64,000 nucleotides of DNA. Origin: Nitrospinaceae bacterium. GTDB taxonomy: Bacteria > Nitrospinota > Nitrospinia > Nitrospinales > Nitrospinaceae. Location: contig OZ250172.1 of the NCBI GenBank assembly GCA_965237905.1, forward strand, positions 2,944,001 through 3,008,000, written 5' to 3'. The position numbers and the translations under genes were made by a program. Below, piece by piece: positions 9,899 to 18,702 of this stretch; the stretch's first letter is position 1; every line of letters begins with the position of its first letter. The notes beneath the pieces were generated by a model, which ran no database searches, was not told the origin of the DNA, and saw only the letters and a program-made list of their open reading frames with translations.

Positions 9899-11301
9899 TT
9901 TCTGTTTTTTCTCTGAGTGGATGTAAATAAAAACGAATCGAGTTCATCCAGGGAAACTTCTTTTTTATCTGATGATTCATTAACTGGACGCGAATCTTGA
10001 ATTCGATCTTTTCGCATCTTTCCGTTAACCGGGTTTTCTCTTGGCATCAGCTCGCCGGGTATTGATACCAATTGATTTTCCAGATCGACCTGTAAAGCAT
10101 TCAGCCGGGCAATCACCACATCCACCATATCGGCCGGCAACTTTTTGTGGGAAACTGGATTTACCGTTTCCAATTCCTCCTGATCGAGGTATTTGAGGTC
10201 GAGGAGAAACGGTTTGGGTTTCGCCTTTTCAGGAGAAGTTTTTATACCCTCTCGCTGAGGTGGAACCGCTGTTACTTCCGCCTCGGTTTTCTGAGTTTTC
10301 CCGACCTTGGAAGAGGGCGCTTTTGCTTTCTGCTTCCCAGCCTCTTTTTTAGCTATATTCTTATGAGAAACTACTGGAGCTTTTATTTCAACTGATTTTG
10401 GCTTGGATTCCGAAACTTCTATCTCCAATCCCGGAGAATCCGCTTTGATTTTTACTGGTTTTTGCGGTTTGGAGTCCCTTTTCTCTTCGGATTTAGGGGC
10501 AATGTTCTTTACTTTCATACCCGGTTTTTCTTTTTGGGAAGGTTTTGGGGATTTCTTAGCCTCTGATTGATGCCTCGCCTTGGGGGAAGCTTTAAAGGTC
10601 GGGATACTTTCAGATTGCTCCAACGCTGGAAGAGGTTCGATGATTAACCCCGGTATTTCGGCTTCGACCCAATTGTCATCGGATTCTTCGTTCTCGCTGA
10701 TGGGAAGTTTACGGGAATCTTCATCCACCTTGGTCTTCTGGTACTTGGCCGGGGCTTTACTCTTTTTTCCTTTTAGAGGTTCAGAGGGAGCCTTTTTTGA
10801 GAGTACCCTGTTTTCGCCAGGCGAAATGGAAAACTCCTGCTTAATCAATTTGACTTTTTTCTTGGGGTCCGGAGGAGGCTCCTTTGCCTTGCTATGGGAA
10901 ATAGACACCCCTTCTTTAACAATTTTTACCGGTTTCTCTTTTTCTTCGTTTTCTTCTTCTGCAGGAAACGGTGGGATACCCCCATCTCCCAGCGTCTTGG
11001 GGGGAGTGGGCAAATCCTCCATGAGGTAGGCCACGGACCTGTCTTTAGGAGAGGTGGGTTTTTCGTACAGGGTCTCTTTCTTTTCGGATTCCCCGTCATG
11101 GGCAGCTTTAAACTCTTCCTCTTCAAATCGCCCTACGGCTCTATCCAACGCGGTACTTTCTTTTTGGAGAAGGATGTAGCGAAGGGCACGGGGAAGAACG
11201 GCCAGGAATAGGAGTACAGACAGTAATAATAAAGTATTCCCAAAAAGCAGATGGGTGGTGTCCACTTGCTCGAGGGCGGTTTGGGGAGTCGAATATTCCA
11301 T
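9895..11301 (-). CDS. Single-pass membrane protein with a long K/P/E-rich low-complexity region
   Basis: Probable ATG at 11301 (MEYST), one N-terminal hydrophobic helix, ATGA overlap with the ATPase gene. Confidence 0.7.
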   Translation of the reverse strand: MEYSTPQTALEQVDTTHLLFGNTLLLLSVLLFLAVLPRALRYILLQKESTALDRAVGRFEEEEFKAAHDGESEKKETLYEKPTSPKDRSVAYLMEDLPTPPKTLGDGGIPPFPAEEENEEKEKPVKIVKEGVSISHSKAKEPPPDPKKKVKLIKQEFSISPGENRVLSKKAPSEPLKGKKSKAPAKYQKTKVDEDSRKLPISENEESDDNWVEAEIPGLIIEPLPALEQSESIPTFKASPKARHQSEAKKSPKPSQKEKPGMKVKNIAPKSEEKRDSKPQKPVKIKADSPGLEIEVSESKPKSVEIKAPVVSHKNIAKKEAGKQKAKAPSSKVGKTQKTEAEVTAVPPQREGIKTSPEKAKPKPFLLDLKYLDQEELETVNPVSHKKLPADMVDVVIARLNALQVDLENQLVSIPGELMPRENPVNGKMRKDRIQDSRPVNESSDKKEVSLDELDSFLFTSTQRKNRK

Positions 11302-11485
11302 AATGAAAAAAGTTACTGGACCCTTAAAAAGGCCCGGCTGGTTCCGGCGGAAAAATCCTGCCCCTGTAGGACGTAAGTGACCCAACAGGCTGAGTAAGTA
11401 AATTGGTGTCAGAAACGAAAAAGTTCGATAATAAAAGCACTACAACTCTTTGATTATATTAACATACTCTGTAAAAGAACGAAGA

Positions 11486-11628
11486 AATATTAGCCGGAGT
11501 GAACTTTGAAGCAGGTACGAACGGGCGGGCAAAGTGATTTTGAAGCCCCGCAGGTCAACCCAGGGCAGAGGGATTCAAGATATGCGTCCTGGCTCAGGGA
11601 TACGACACTTGAGGTGTTCAGCCATATT
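11486..11628 (+). ncRNA. Possible rod-like structured RNA (6S-like?), unverified
   Basis: GC-richer island in an AT-rich intergenic region. Nested pairings found by eye: aatat/atatt, tgaac/gttca, gggc/gctc, gggc/gtcc, ttttgaa/ttcaaga. G-U pairs favour the + strand. Confidence 0.3.
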
Positions 11629-11765
11629 GCGTTATGAAAAAACATGAAATTACGATAAAATTTCAAGTGAGGAAATAAGAAAGTTTTAACGGGTATTTCA
11701 GCTCGCCTTTCCCGTTCCTTCCTTTTGGTCCTGATTATTATTTCAATGGATAAGAGGTTCTTTTG

Positions 11766-12422
11766 ATGGGGTCGCTATTATTGATCGCTGTAATTCTGAT
11801 TTCCCTGACCGTGCACGAGTATTCGCATGGCAGGGTGGCTTATATGCTGGGGGATGATACCGCTAAAAATCAGGGGCGGTTGACCTTCAATCCCCTGAAA
11901 CATTTGGATCCGGTAGGGACGCTCTTCTTTTACTTCATGCACTTCGGGTGGGCCAAGCCGGTTCCGGTGGACCCAAGAAACTTAAAGGATCCTCACCGGG
12001 ACATGTTATATATTGCGGCGGCCGGCCCGGCTTCCAACCTGGTTTTGGCTTTATTGGCCGGATTCTTTTTAAGGTTTATGGGACCGTTGGAGCAGATGGA
12101 GCTGATGACGCAGTATATTTTTGGTTTTTTGTCTATAGCTGTCTATTGTAATGCGGCTCTGGCAATTTTTAATATGCTTCCGATATTTCCTCTGGACGGA
12201 GCGAGTGTATTGAAGGGATTAATGCCGCGCGAGATGGCCTTCAAGCTCAGTCAACTGGATAAATATTTTGGAATAATTTTGCTGGTGGTATTTTTGACAG
12301 ATTATTTTGCCAAAACACGGATTTTAAGTAGTATTATCGGTGTCCCTATTGGTTATATGGTAAAGTTTTTTACTCAGGAAGCCTTCCCGTCAGTTGTTGC
12401 AGCTATAAATCATTTTCTTTGA
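11766..12422 (+). CDS. Site-2 protease (M50) family membrane metalloprotease
   Basis: HEYSH, GWAKPVP, AAAGPASN, FNMLPIFPLDG. Confidence 0.93.
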   Translation: MGSLLLIAVILISLTVHEYSHGRVAYMLGDDTAKNQGRLTFNPLKHLDPVGTLFFYFMHFGWAKPVPVDPRNLKDPHRDMLYIAAAGPASNLVLALLAGFFLRFMGPLEQMELMTQYIFGFLSIAVYCNAALAIFNMLPIFPLDGASVLKGLMPREMAFKLSQLDKYFGIILLVVFLTDYFAKTRILSSIIGVPIGYMVKFFTQEAFPSVVAAINHFL

Positions 12423-12436
12423 ACCAAACCAAAACC

Positions 12437-13423
12437 ATGGCCAAAAAGAGAATTTTGAGCGGAATGCAACCTTCCGGCCTGCTTCATTTGGGGAACTATT
12501 ACGGGGCGCTGAAGAACTGGATCGAGTTGCAGGAGCAATTCGAATGCTTTTATTTTGTGGCCGACTGGCATTCGCTGACCACCCTGTACGAGGATCCCAG
12601 CCATATCAAACAATACACCTTCGAAGTGGCGGTGGACTGGTTGAGCGCCGGACTGGATCCCGAAAAAAGCACCCTGTTTGTCCAGTCCCGGATTCCGGAG
12701 CATGCCGAACTGCATCTGATTTTATCCATGGTCGTGCCCGTTCCCTGGCTGGAACGCAATCCCACCTACAAGGAAAAGCAGGCGGAGGTGAAGAGCGTCG
12801 ACATGAGCTCTTACGGGTTTCTGGGGTATCCGGTTCTGCAGACGGCGGATATCGTGCTGTATGATGCCGATTATGTGCCGGTGGGGATCGATCAGGCGCC
12901 GCATCTGGAAATATCGCGGGAAATTGTGCGGCGCTTTAATGGGCTTTATAAGAAAAAAGTGTTCAAGGAACCGCAGGCCAAGATTTCCGAAATTCCCAAG
13001 CTGAACGGAATCGATGGCCGAAAGATGAGCAAAAGTTACAACAATGCAATTTATCTGTCCGATAGTGAAAAGGACATCACCAAAAAGGTGAAGTCCATGC
13101 TGACCGACCCGGCACGGGGACTGCGCACGGATCCCGGCGACCCGGATGTCTGCAATCTGTTTCCGTTTCATAAGCTGTACTCTCCTCCCGAGATGCAGAA
13201 GGAAATCGACCGCGATTGCCGGACCGCCGCCATCGGGTGCGGGGACTGTAAATTGAAATTGGTCGATACCATGCTCGAAGGAATGAGGCCCCACATGGAA
13301 CGGCGGAGAGAAATAGCCGCCAAACCCAAAGCGGTGGAGGAAATTCTGGAAGAGGGCACGCGCAAAGCTCAAAAGGTGGCCAAAGCCACCATGGATCGCG
13401 CCAAACAAGCCATGAAATTTTAA
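12437..13423 (+). CDS. trpS: Tryptophan--tRNA ligase
   Basis: SGMQPSG-LHLGN, YPVLQTADI, VPVGIDQ, KMSKS. Confidence 0.97.
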   Translation: MAKKRILSGMQPSGLLHLGNYYGALKNWIELQEQFECFYFVADWHSLTTLYEDPSHIKQYTFEVAVDWLSAGLDPEKSTLFVQSRIPEHAELHLILSMVVPVPWLERNPTYKEKQAEVKSVDMSSYGFLGYPVLQTADIVLYDADYVPVGIDQAPHLEISREIVRRFNGLYKKKVFKEPQAKISEIPKLNGIDGRKMSKSYNNAIYLSDSEKDITKKVKSMLTDPARGLRTDPGDPDVCNLFPFHKLYSPPEMQKEIDRDCRTAAIGCGDCKLKLVDTMLEGMRPHMERRREIAAKPKAVEEILEEGTRKAQKVAKATMDRAKQAMKF

Positions 13424-13433
13424 CTGTATATGG

Positions 13434-13865
13434 ATGAAGAAGCTATTTCCCAAAAAGGCCAAAGCTTTTAGAAGGCGAGCCACTGACGCTGAAAGGAAAT
13501 TGTGGGCTGTTCTTCGAAATCGAAGTTTTGAAGGTTTAAAATTTCGACGTCAGCACCCCATTGGTAAATACATAGTTGATTTTATTTGTTTGGAAAAAAG
13601 TTTGATTATTGAAGTGGATGGCGGCGGCCACGCGGATCAAAAAGAAAAGGATGCGGAGCGAACTCGAAGGTTGGAGTCTCAGGGATATAGAGTGATTCGA
13701 TTTCGGAATGATGAGGTTTTAAAGGAACCCGATGCTGTTCTGAAATACATTGTTCACACTATATTGAAGAGAATTATTGATTCCCCTCACCCTGCCCTCT
13801 CCCCAGAGGGGAGAGGGGGCATTGTCGGGAAGCCAAGCCGTGTGTCGTATTTAAATTCAGTTTGA
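13434..13865 (+). CDS. DUF559 / Vsr-like endonuclease domain protein
   Basis: TDAERKLW, KFRRQHPIGKYIVDF, IEVDGGGH, GYRVIRF. Confidence 0.9.
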   Translation: MKKLFPKKAKAFRRRATDAERKLWAVLRNRSFEGLKFRRQHPIGKYIVDFICLEKSLIIEVDGGGHADQKEKDAERTRRLESQGYRVIRFRNDEVLKEPDAVLKYIVHTILKRIIDSPHPALSPEGRGGIVGKPSRVSYLNSV

Positions 13866-13909
13866 CCGCTGTTTAGCCTTCTCCCCGTGGGAGAAGGTTG
13901 GATGAGGGG
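13783..13909. repeat. Inverted doublet of REP-like hairpin elements
   Basis: cccctcaccctg-ccctctcccc-aga-ggggagaggg (13783-13817) and, inverted, ccttctccc-cgt-gggagaagg-ttggatgagggg (13877-13909). Confidence 0.8.
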
Positions 13910-13957
13910 GCGTAAAAATTATTTTATAAATAAGTTTAAAGGCTTATGTATAACTAT

Positions 13958-16753
13958 ATGGAATATAAGGAAACATTGAATTTACATCTGACGGATTTCC
14001 CCATGAAGGCGAATCTGGTCAAGAAGGAACCCGAAGCTCTGAAGCAATGGGAAACGGAGGACCTGTACGGCCAAATCCGCAAGGAGAAGAAAGGCAAACC
14101 CAAATACGTTTTTCATGATGGCCCCCCTTATGCCAATGGTCATATTCACATGGGGCATGCCCTGAACAAGCTTCTCAAAGATTTTGTTGTCAAAATCCAA
14201 AGCATGAAGGGATACGACGCCACCTTTGTGCCGGGGTGGGATTGCCATGGTTTGCCGATCGAGCATCAGGTGGGCAAGGAGTTGAAAAAGCAGAAAAAGG
14301 ATTTCAGCAAAAGTGAAATCCGCAAACTCTGCCGGGAATACGCTGGGAAGTTCGTCGATATTCAAAAGGAAGAGTTCAAACGGCTGGGGGTGTTCGCCAG
14401 TTGGGACAAGCCTTACCTCACCATGGATTATTCATACGAGGCGACCATTGTCCGCGAATTTGCCAAATTCATCGAGCAGGGCATGGTGTACAAGGGGCTC
14501 AAGCCCGTTCACTGGTGCATGCAATGCCAGACCGCTCTGGCGGAGGCGGAAGTCGAATATGACAATCACCGCTCCCCATCCATCTACGTGAAGTTCCCCG
14601 TCGAGTCGGGTTGGAGTGATCAGATCAAGGGACTCGATCCGTCCAAAACGCATTTTGTCATCTGGACCACCACTCCCTGGACCTTGCCCGCCAACCTGGC
14701 GATCTGCCTGCATCCGGATTTTGAGTACACGGCGGTGTCACACAAGGGAGAATATTGGATCGTGGCCAAGGAGCTTGCTCCGGGTTTGTTGGAAGAATGG
14801 GCTATCCAGGACGCAAAAACACTGGGGAAATGTGCCGGCAAGGATCTGGAGGGAGTCGTGTGCCGGCACCCGTTTATCGACCGGGAATCGCCGGTGATTC
14901 TGGGAGAGCATGTCACGCTCGAGCAGGGGACCGGATGCGTGCACACAGCGCCGGGACATGGACAAGAAGACTACATCGTCGGGCAGAAATATGGGCTGGA
15001 CACCTACAATCCTGTGGATGATGCGGGCATCTTCAAACCCATCGTCGAGCATTTTGCCGGACAGTTCGTGACCAAGGCGAATCCGAATATCATAAAAAAA
15101 CTTGAGGACGATGGGTTCCTGGTTTCCGCCAGCGAGGTGGACCATTCCTATCCGCATTGCTGGCGTTGTCATCAACCGATCATTTTCCGGGCAACGGCGC
15201 AATGGTTTATCCCGATGGACAAGGATGGGCTGCGCACCAATGCCTTGGCAGAAATCAACAAGACCCGTTGGGTTCCACCTTGGGGCCGGAAGCGCATTTA
15301 CAGCATGGTGGAGAACCGGCCGGACTGGTGCGTGTCGCGTCAACGCGCCTGGGGGGTTCCTATTACTGTATTGACCTGCAAGCAATGTGAAACGCAGGTG
15401 ACTTCTCCGGAAGTGATGTCGCACATTGTTCAGCTGGTGGAACAGCATGGCGCGGATTTCTGGTTTGAAAAGGAAGTAGGGGAATTATTACCTGCCGGTT
15501 ATAAATGTTCCTGCGGAAGCACCGAATTCATCAAGGAAATGGATATTCTGGATGTCTGGTTCGACTCCGGCGTCAGCCATGCCGCTGTTTTGGAGGGCGA
15601 TCCCAATATGCAATGGCCTGCTGACCTGTACCTCGAAGGCAGTGACCAGCACCGGGGATGGTTTCACAGCTCCTTGCTGGAGTCGGTGGGCACCCGGTCC
15701 GCCGCGCCCTATAAAACGGTCCTCACTCACGGATACGTGGTCGATGGCAAAGGCAAGAAAATGTCCAAGTCGGCGGGCAACGTCATCGCTCCCCAAAAAA
15801 TCATCGATCAATACGGTGCCGAAATCCTGCGGCTGTGGGTGGCCTCGGAAAATTACCGGGAGGACATCCGTATTTCGCATGAAATTTTGAAGCGTCTGAC
15901 CGAGGCCTATCGCAAAATTCGCAACACCTTCCGGTATCTGCTGGGCAACTTGAGTGATTTCGATCCCAAATCGGATGCGGTTCCTGCGGACGAGTTGGAG
16001 GAAATCGATCGTTACATTCTTTACCGGTTCCGAACCGTGTCTAAAAGAATTTTGAAAGCGTTCGATGATTTTGAATTCCACATCTTCTACCATTCTTTTT
16101 ATAATTTTTGCATTGTGGACTTGAGTGCGTTTTATCTGGATATCTTGAAGGACCGTTTGTACACGTATCCCAAAACTTCTAAGGAACGACGGTCGGGGCA
16201 AACCGCGATGTATGAATTGTTGAAGGGGATGGCGCAATTGATGGCTCCGGTCCTCAGTTTTACTTCCGAGGAAGTCTGGTCCTTCATGCCTTCTAAAGGC
16301 GATGAAACCTCCAGTGTGCATTTGAGTTCGTTTCCGGATTTGTCCCATACTTCCTTTCCGGATCATTTGGTGGACAAATGGGAAAAGATCAGCCAGTTGA
16401 AAGGGGAGGTCAGCAAGGCTCTGGAGTTACGCCGACAGGCAAAAGTGATCGGTCACTCTCTGGATGCTTTGGTCCGATTGGAGCTTCCGGAAAGTTTGAA
16501 GAAGGTTTTGGAACCGGAACAGGATCAGCTGAAATATATTTTCATCGTTTCCGGAGTGGAAATTGTGGATTCACTGAAGGATGGGGCGGAGGTGTATGCC
16601 AGCGAAGCTATGGAAGGCGTTAAAATTGTGGTTCATCCGGCTCCGGGAAAGAAATGTGATCGATGCTGGAATTATTTCGTCGAAGAACCGATCCCCGAAC
16701 ATCCCAGTATCTGTCTGCGTTGCGTGAAAAATCTTGAATCGGCAAAGGCCTGA
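13958..16753 (+). CDS. ileS: Isoleucine--tRNA ligase (type 1)
   Basis: DGPPYANG-HMGH, GWDCHGLP, WTTTPWTLP, KMSKS, C-terminal CDRC...CLRC zinc finger. Confidence 0.98.
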   Translation: MEYKETLNLHLTDFPMKANLVKKEPEALKQWETEDLYGQIRKEKKGKPKYVFHDGPPYANGHIHMGHALNKLLKDFVVKIQSMKGYDATFVPGWDCHGLPIEHQVGKELKKQKKDFSKSEIRKLCREYAGKFVDIQKEEFKRLGVFASWDKPYLTMDYSYEATIVREFAKFIEQGMVYKGLKPVHWCMQCQTALAEAEVEYDNHRSPSIYVKFPVESGWSDQIKGLDPSKTHFVIWTTTPWTLPANLAICLHPDFEYTAVSHKGEYWIVAKELAPGLLEEWAIQDAKTLGKCAGKDLEGVVCRHPFIDRESPVILGEHVTLEQGTGCVHTAPGHGQEDYIVGQKYGLDTYNPVDDAGIFKPIVEHFAGQFVTKANPNIIKKLEDDGFLVSASEVDHSYPHCWRCHQPIIFRATAQWFIPMDKDGLRTNALAEINKTRWVPPWGRKRIYSMVENRPDWCVSRQRAWGVPITVLTCKQCETQVTSPEVMSHIVQLVEQHGADFWFEKEVGELLPAGYKCSCGSTEFIKEMDILDVWFDSGVSHAAVLEGDPNMQWPADLYLEGSDQHRGWFHSSLLESVGTRSAAPYKTVLTHGYVVDGKGKKMSKSAGNVIAPQKIIDQYGAEILRLWVASENYREDIRISHEILKRLTEAYRKIRNTFRYLLGNLSDFDPKSDAVPADELEEIDRYILYRFRTVSKRILKAFDDFEFHIFYHSFYNFCIVDLSAFYLDILKDRLYTYPKTSKERRSGQTAMYELLKGMAQLMAPVLSFTSEEVWSFMPSKGDETSSVHLSSFPDLSHTSFPDHLVDKWEKISQLKGEVSKALELRRQAKVIGHSLDALVRLELPESLKKVLEPEQDQLKYIFIVSGVEIVDSLKDGAEVYASEAMEGVKIVVHPAPGKKCDRCWNYFVEEPIPEHPSICLRCVKNLESAKA

Positions 16754-16759
16754 ATACCC

Positions 16760-17269
16760 TTGAGCAATCGGTATCTTCATCTATTCCTGGCTTCCAACGT
16801 TCTGATCATTCTGGATCAGTACACTAAAATGTGGGTTGATGCCCATATTCCGAAACATCGTTATATAATGGTGATCGATAATTTTTTTGCAATCACCCAT
16901 ATTCGCAATCCTGGAGTGGCGTTCGGTTTGTTTGCAGATGGCCCCTCCGAATTCAAGACCTATTTGTTCATCGGGTTTTCGATCATTGCCATTGTCGCTA
17001 TTCTGGTATTTTTTCATCAGACGCCACCTGAAAATAAAATGGTTCGAATTGGGTTGATTCTGATTTTCAGCGGAGCGATTGGGAACATGATCGACCGGGT
17101 CCTGTATCATGAGGTGATCGATTTTCTCGATTTCTTTTACGGAAGTTATCATTGGCCAGCATTCAATATTGCCGACTCCTGTATCACCATTGGAGTGCTG
17201 TTGATGTTTATGGATCTGATCCGCATCGGAAAAGCGCCTCAAGGCGAGGGCTCTTCTGATGTAGCATAA
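16760..17269 (+). CDS. lspA: Lipoprotein signal peptidase II, copy 1
   Basis: DQYTK, NPGVAFG, GAIGNMIDR, VIDF, FNIADS. Confidence 0.95.
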   Translation: MSNRYLHLFLASNVLIILDQYTKMWVDAHIPKHRYIMVIDNFFAITHIRNPGVAFGLFADGPSEFKTYLFIGFSIIAIVAILVFFHQTPPENKMVRIGLILIFSGAIGNMIDRVLYHEVIDFLDFFYGSYHWPAFNIADSCITIGVLLMFMDLIRIGKAPQGEGSSDVA

Positions 17270-17315
17270 GCTTGATCGGAGTTCCTGCAATCCGCTTTGG
17301 CCTCATGTTTTAACA

Positions 17316-17843
17316 TTGAACATGTGTCAGACTTTGAAGAATAAATACCTTATTCTCTTTTTAGTCTCCAATTTTCTGATCTTCTTGGATCAGTGCACCA
17401 AGTTTTTAGTGATTACCTACATTCCAAAAAATCATACCTTTCCCGTGATCGATAAATTTTTTGCGCTGACACACGTACGCAATACCGGGGTGGCCTTCAG
17501 TTGGTTTGCGGAGTATAATTCAGATTTAAAGACTTGGGCTTTGATTGGGTTTTCGATTATCGCCATTACCGCCATTCTGGTATTCTTTCATCAGGCGCCC
17601 CGGCACCGAAAGCTGATACACTGGGGTCTGATATTGGTTTTCAGCGGAGCGGTTGGGAATTTCATCGACCGAATAGCGTACAAAGAAGTAGTCGATTGGT
17701 TGGCTTTCTTTTTAGGGGGATACCACTTTCCGATTTTCAACGTGGCCGACTCTTGTATCACCATTGGTGTTGGTATCATGTTTATTGATCTATTTAAGAA
17801 CGAGCGCTTTTCCCGGCCTCCGAAAACTCCTGATATGGCATGA
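17316..17843 (+). CDS. lspA: Lipoprotein signal peptidase II, copy 2
   Basis: DQCTK, NTGVAFS, GAVGNFIDR, VVDW, FNVADS. Confidence 0.93.
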   Translation: MNMCQTLKNKYLILFLVSNFLIFLDQCTKFLVITYIPKNHTFPVIDKFFALTHVRNTGVAFSWFAEYNSDLKTWALIGFSIIAITAILVFFHQAPRHRKLIHWGLILVFSGAVGNFIDRIAYKEVVDWLAFFLGGYHFPIFNVADSCITIGVGIMFIDLFKNERFSRPPKTPDMA

Positions 17844-17895
17844 GCTCGCTCCCCTTACTAAATCTATTTGGAGTCTCGTTTTTTAAAATTTGACC

Positions 17896-18666
17896 ATGCA
17901 TCCTATCTTGCTCGAGTTCGGTTTTTTAAATCTCAAGATTTTCACCTATGGCCTTCTGGTGGCGACCGGTTTTTTTGCCGGAATTTTGCTCGCGGCCTGT
18001 TGGGCGAAGCAGGATGGGCTGGACCAGCAGAGAATTCTGGACCTGTGTTTTTACATCGCCATCGCCGCTTTGGTGGGCGGCCGCACTCTTTATATTATCG
18101 TTGAATACCGATACTTTCTTGCCAATCCACTTGAAGTGCTCAAATTCTGGAAGGGCGGGCTGGTTTTTTATGGCGGGTTGATCGGGGCAGTAGCGATGGC
18201 CTGGTATTACATGCGCAAACACTCGCTTCCCATATGGCAGGTCGCTGATATCCTGGCACCCTGTCTCGCCGTCGGCCAGGCGGTCGGCCGTTGGGGATGT
18301 TTTTTCGCGGGTTGCTGTTACGGAATTCGTACCGATGCGCCATGGGCGATCACGTTCACTGATCCCAAGTCTCTTGCGCCACTTAATATCGCTTTGCATC
18401 CCACCCAGGTTTACCTTTCTATCAACGCGCTCGTTATTTTCGGAATCCTTGTCTGGTTGCGTAAACGTAAGAAGTTTGACGGGCAGGTCTTCTGGGTGTA
18501 CGGCATTCTGTATTCCATCGGCCGATTCATCATCGAATTTTACCGGGGGGATGATCGGGGGTATGCCGTGCCGGATGCGCTTTCCACCTCCCAATTCATT
18601 GGGATTTTCGTACTGGGACTTTCGATTTATATGCTAACCCGGCTCCGCTCTCAAAAGCACGCCTGA
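17896..18666 (+). CDS. lgt: Prolipoprotein diacylglyceryl transferase
   Basis: GGLVFYGGLIG, GQAVGRWGCF, HPTQVY, RFIIEFYR. Confidence 0.95.
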   Translation: MHPILLEFGFLNLKIFTYGLLVATGFFAGILLAACWAKQDGLDQQRILDLCFYIAIAALVGGRTLYIIVEYRYFLANPLEVLKFWKGGLVFYGGLIGAVAMAWYYMRKHSLPIWQVADILAPCLAVGQAVGRWGCFFAGCCYGIRTDAPWAITFTDPKSLAPLNIALHPTQVYLSINALVIFGILVWLRKRKKFDGQVFWVYGILYSIGRFIIEFYRGDDRGYAVPDALSTSQFIGIFVLGLSIYMLTRLRSQKHA

Positions 18667-18702
18667 TTCTTCCCCGAAACCTTTCTTTCCGGGAATCACG
18701 AA

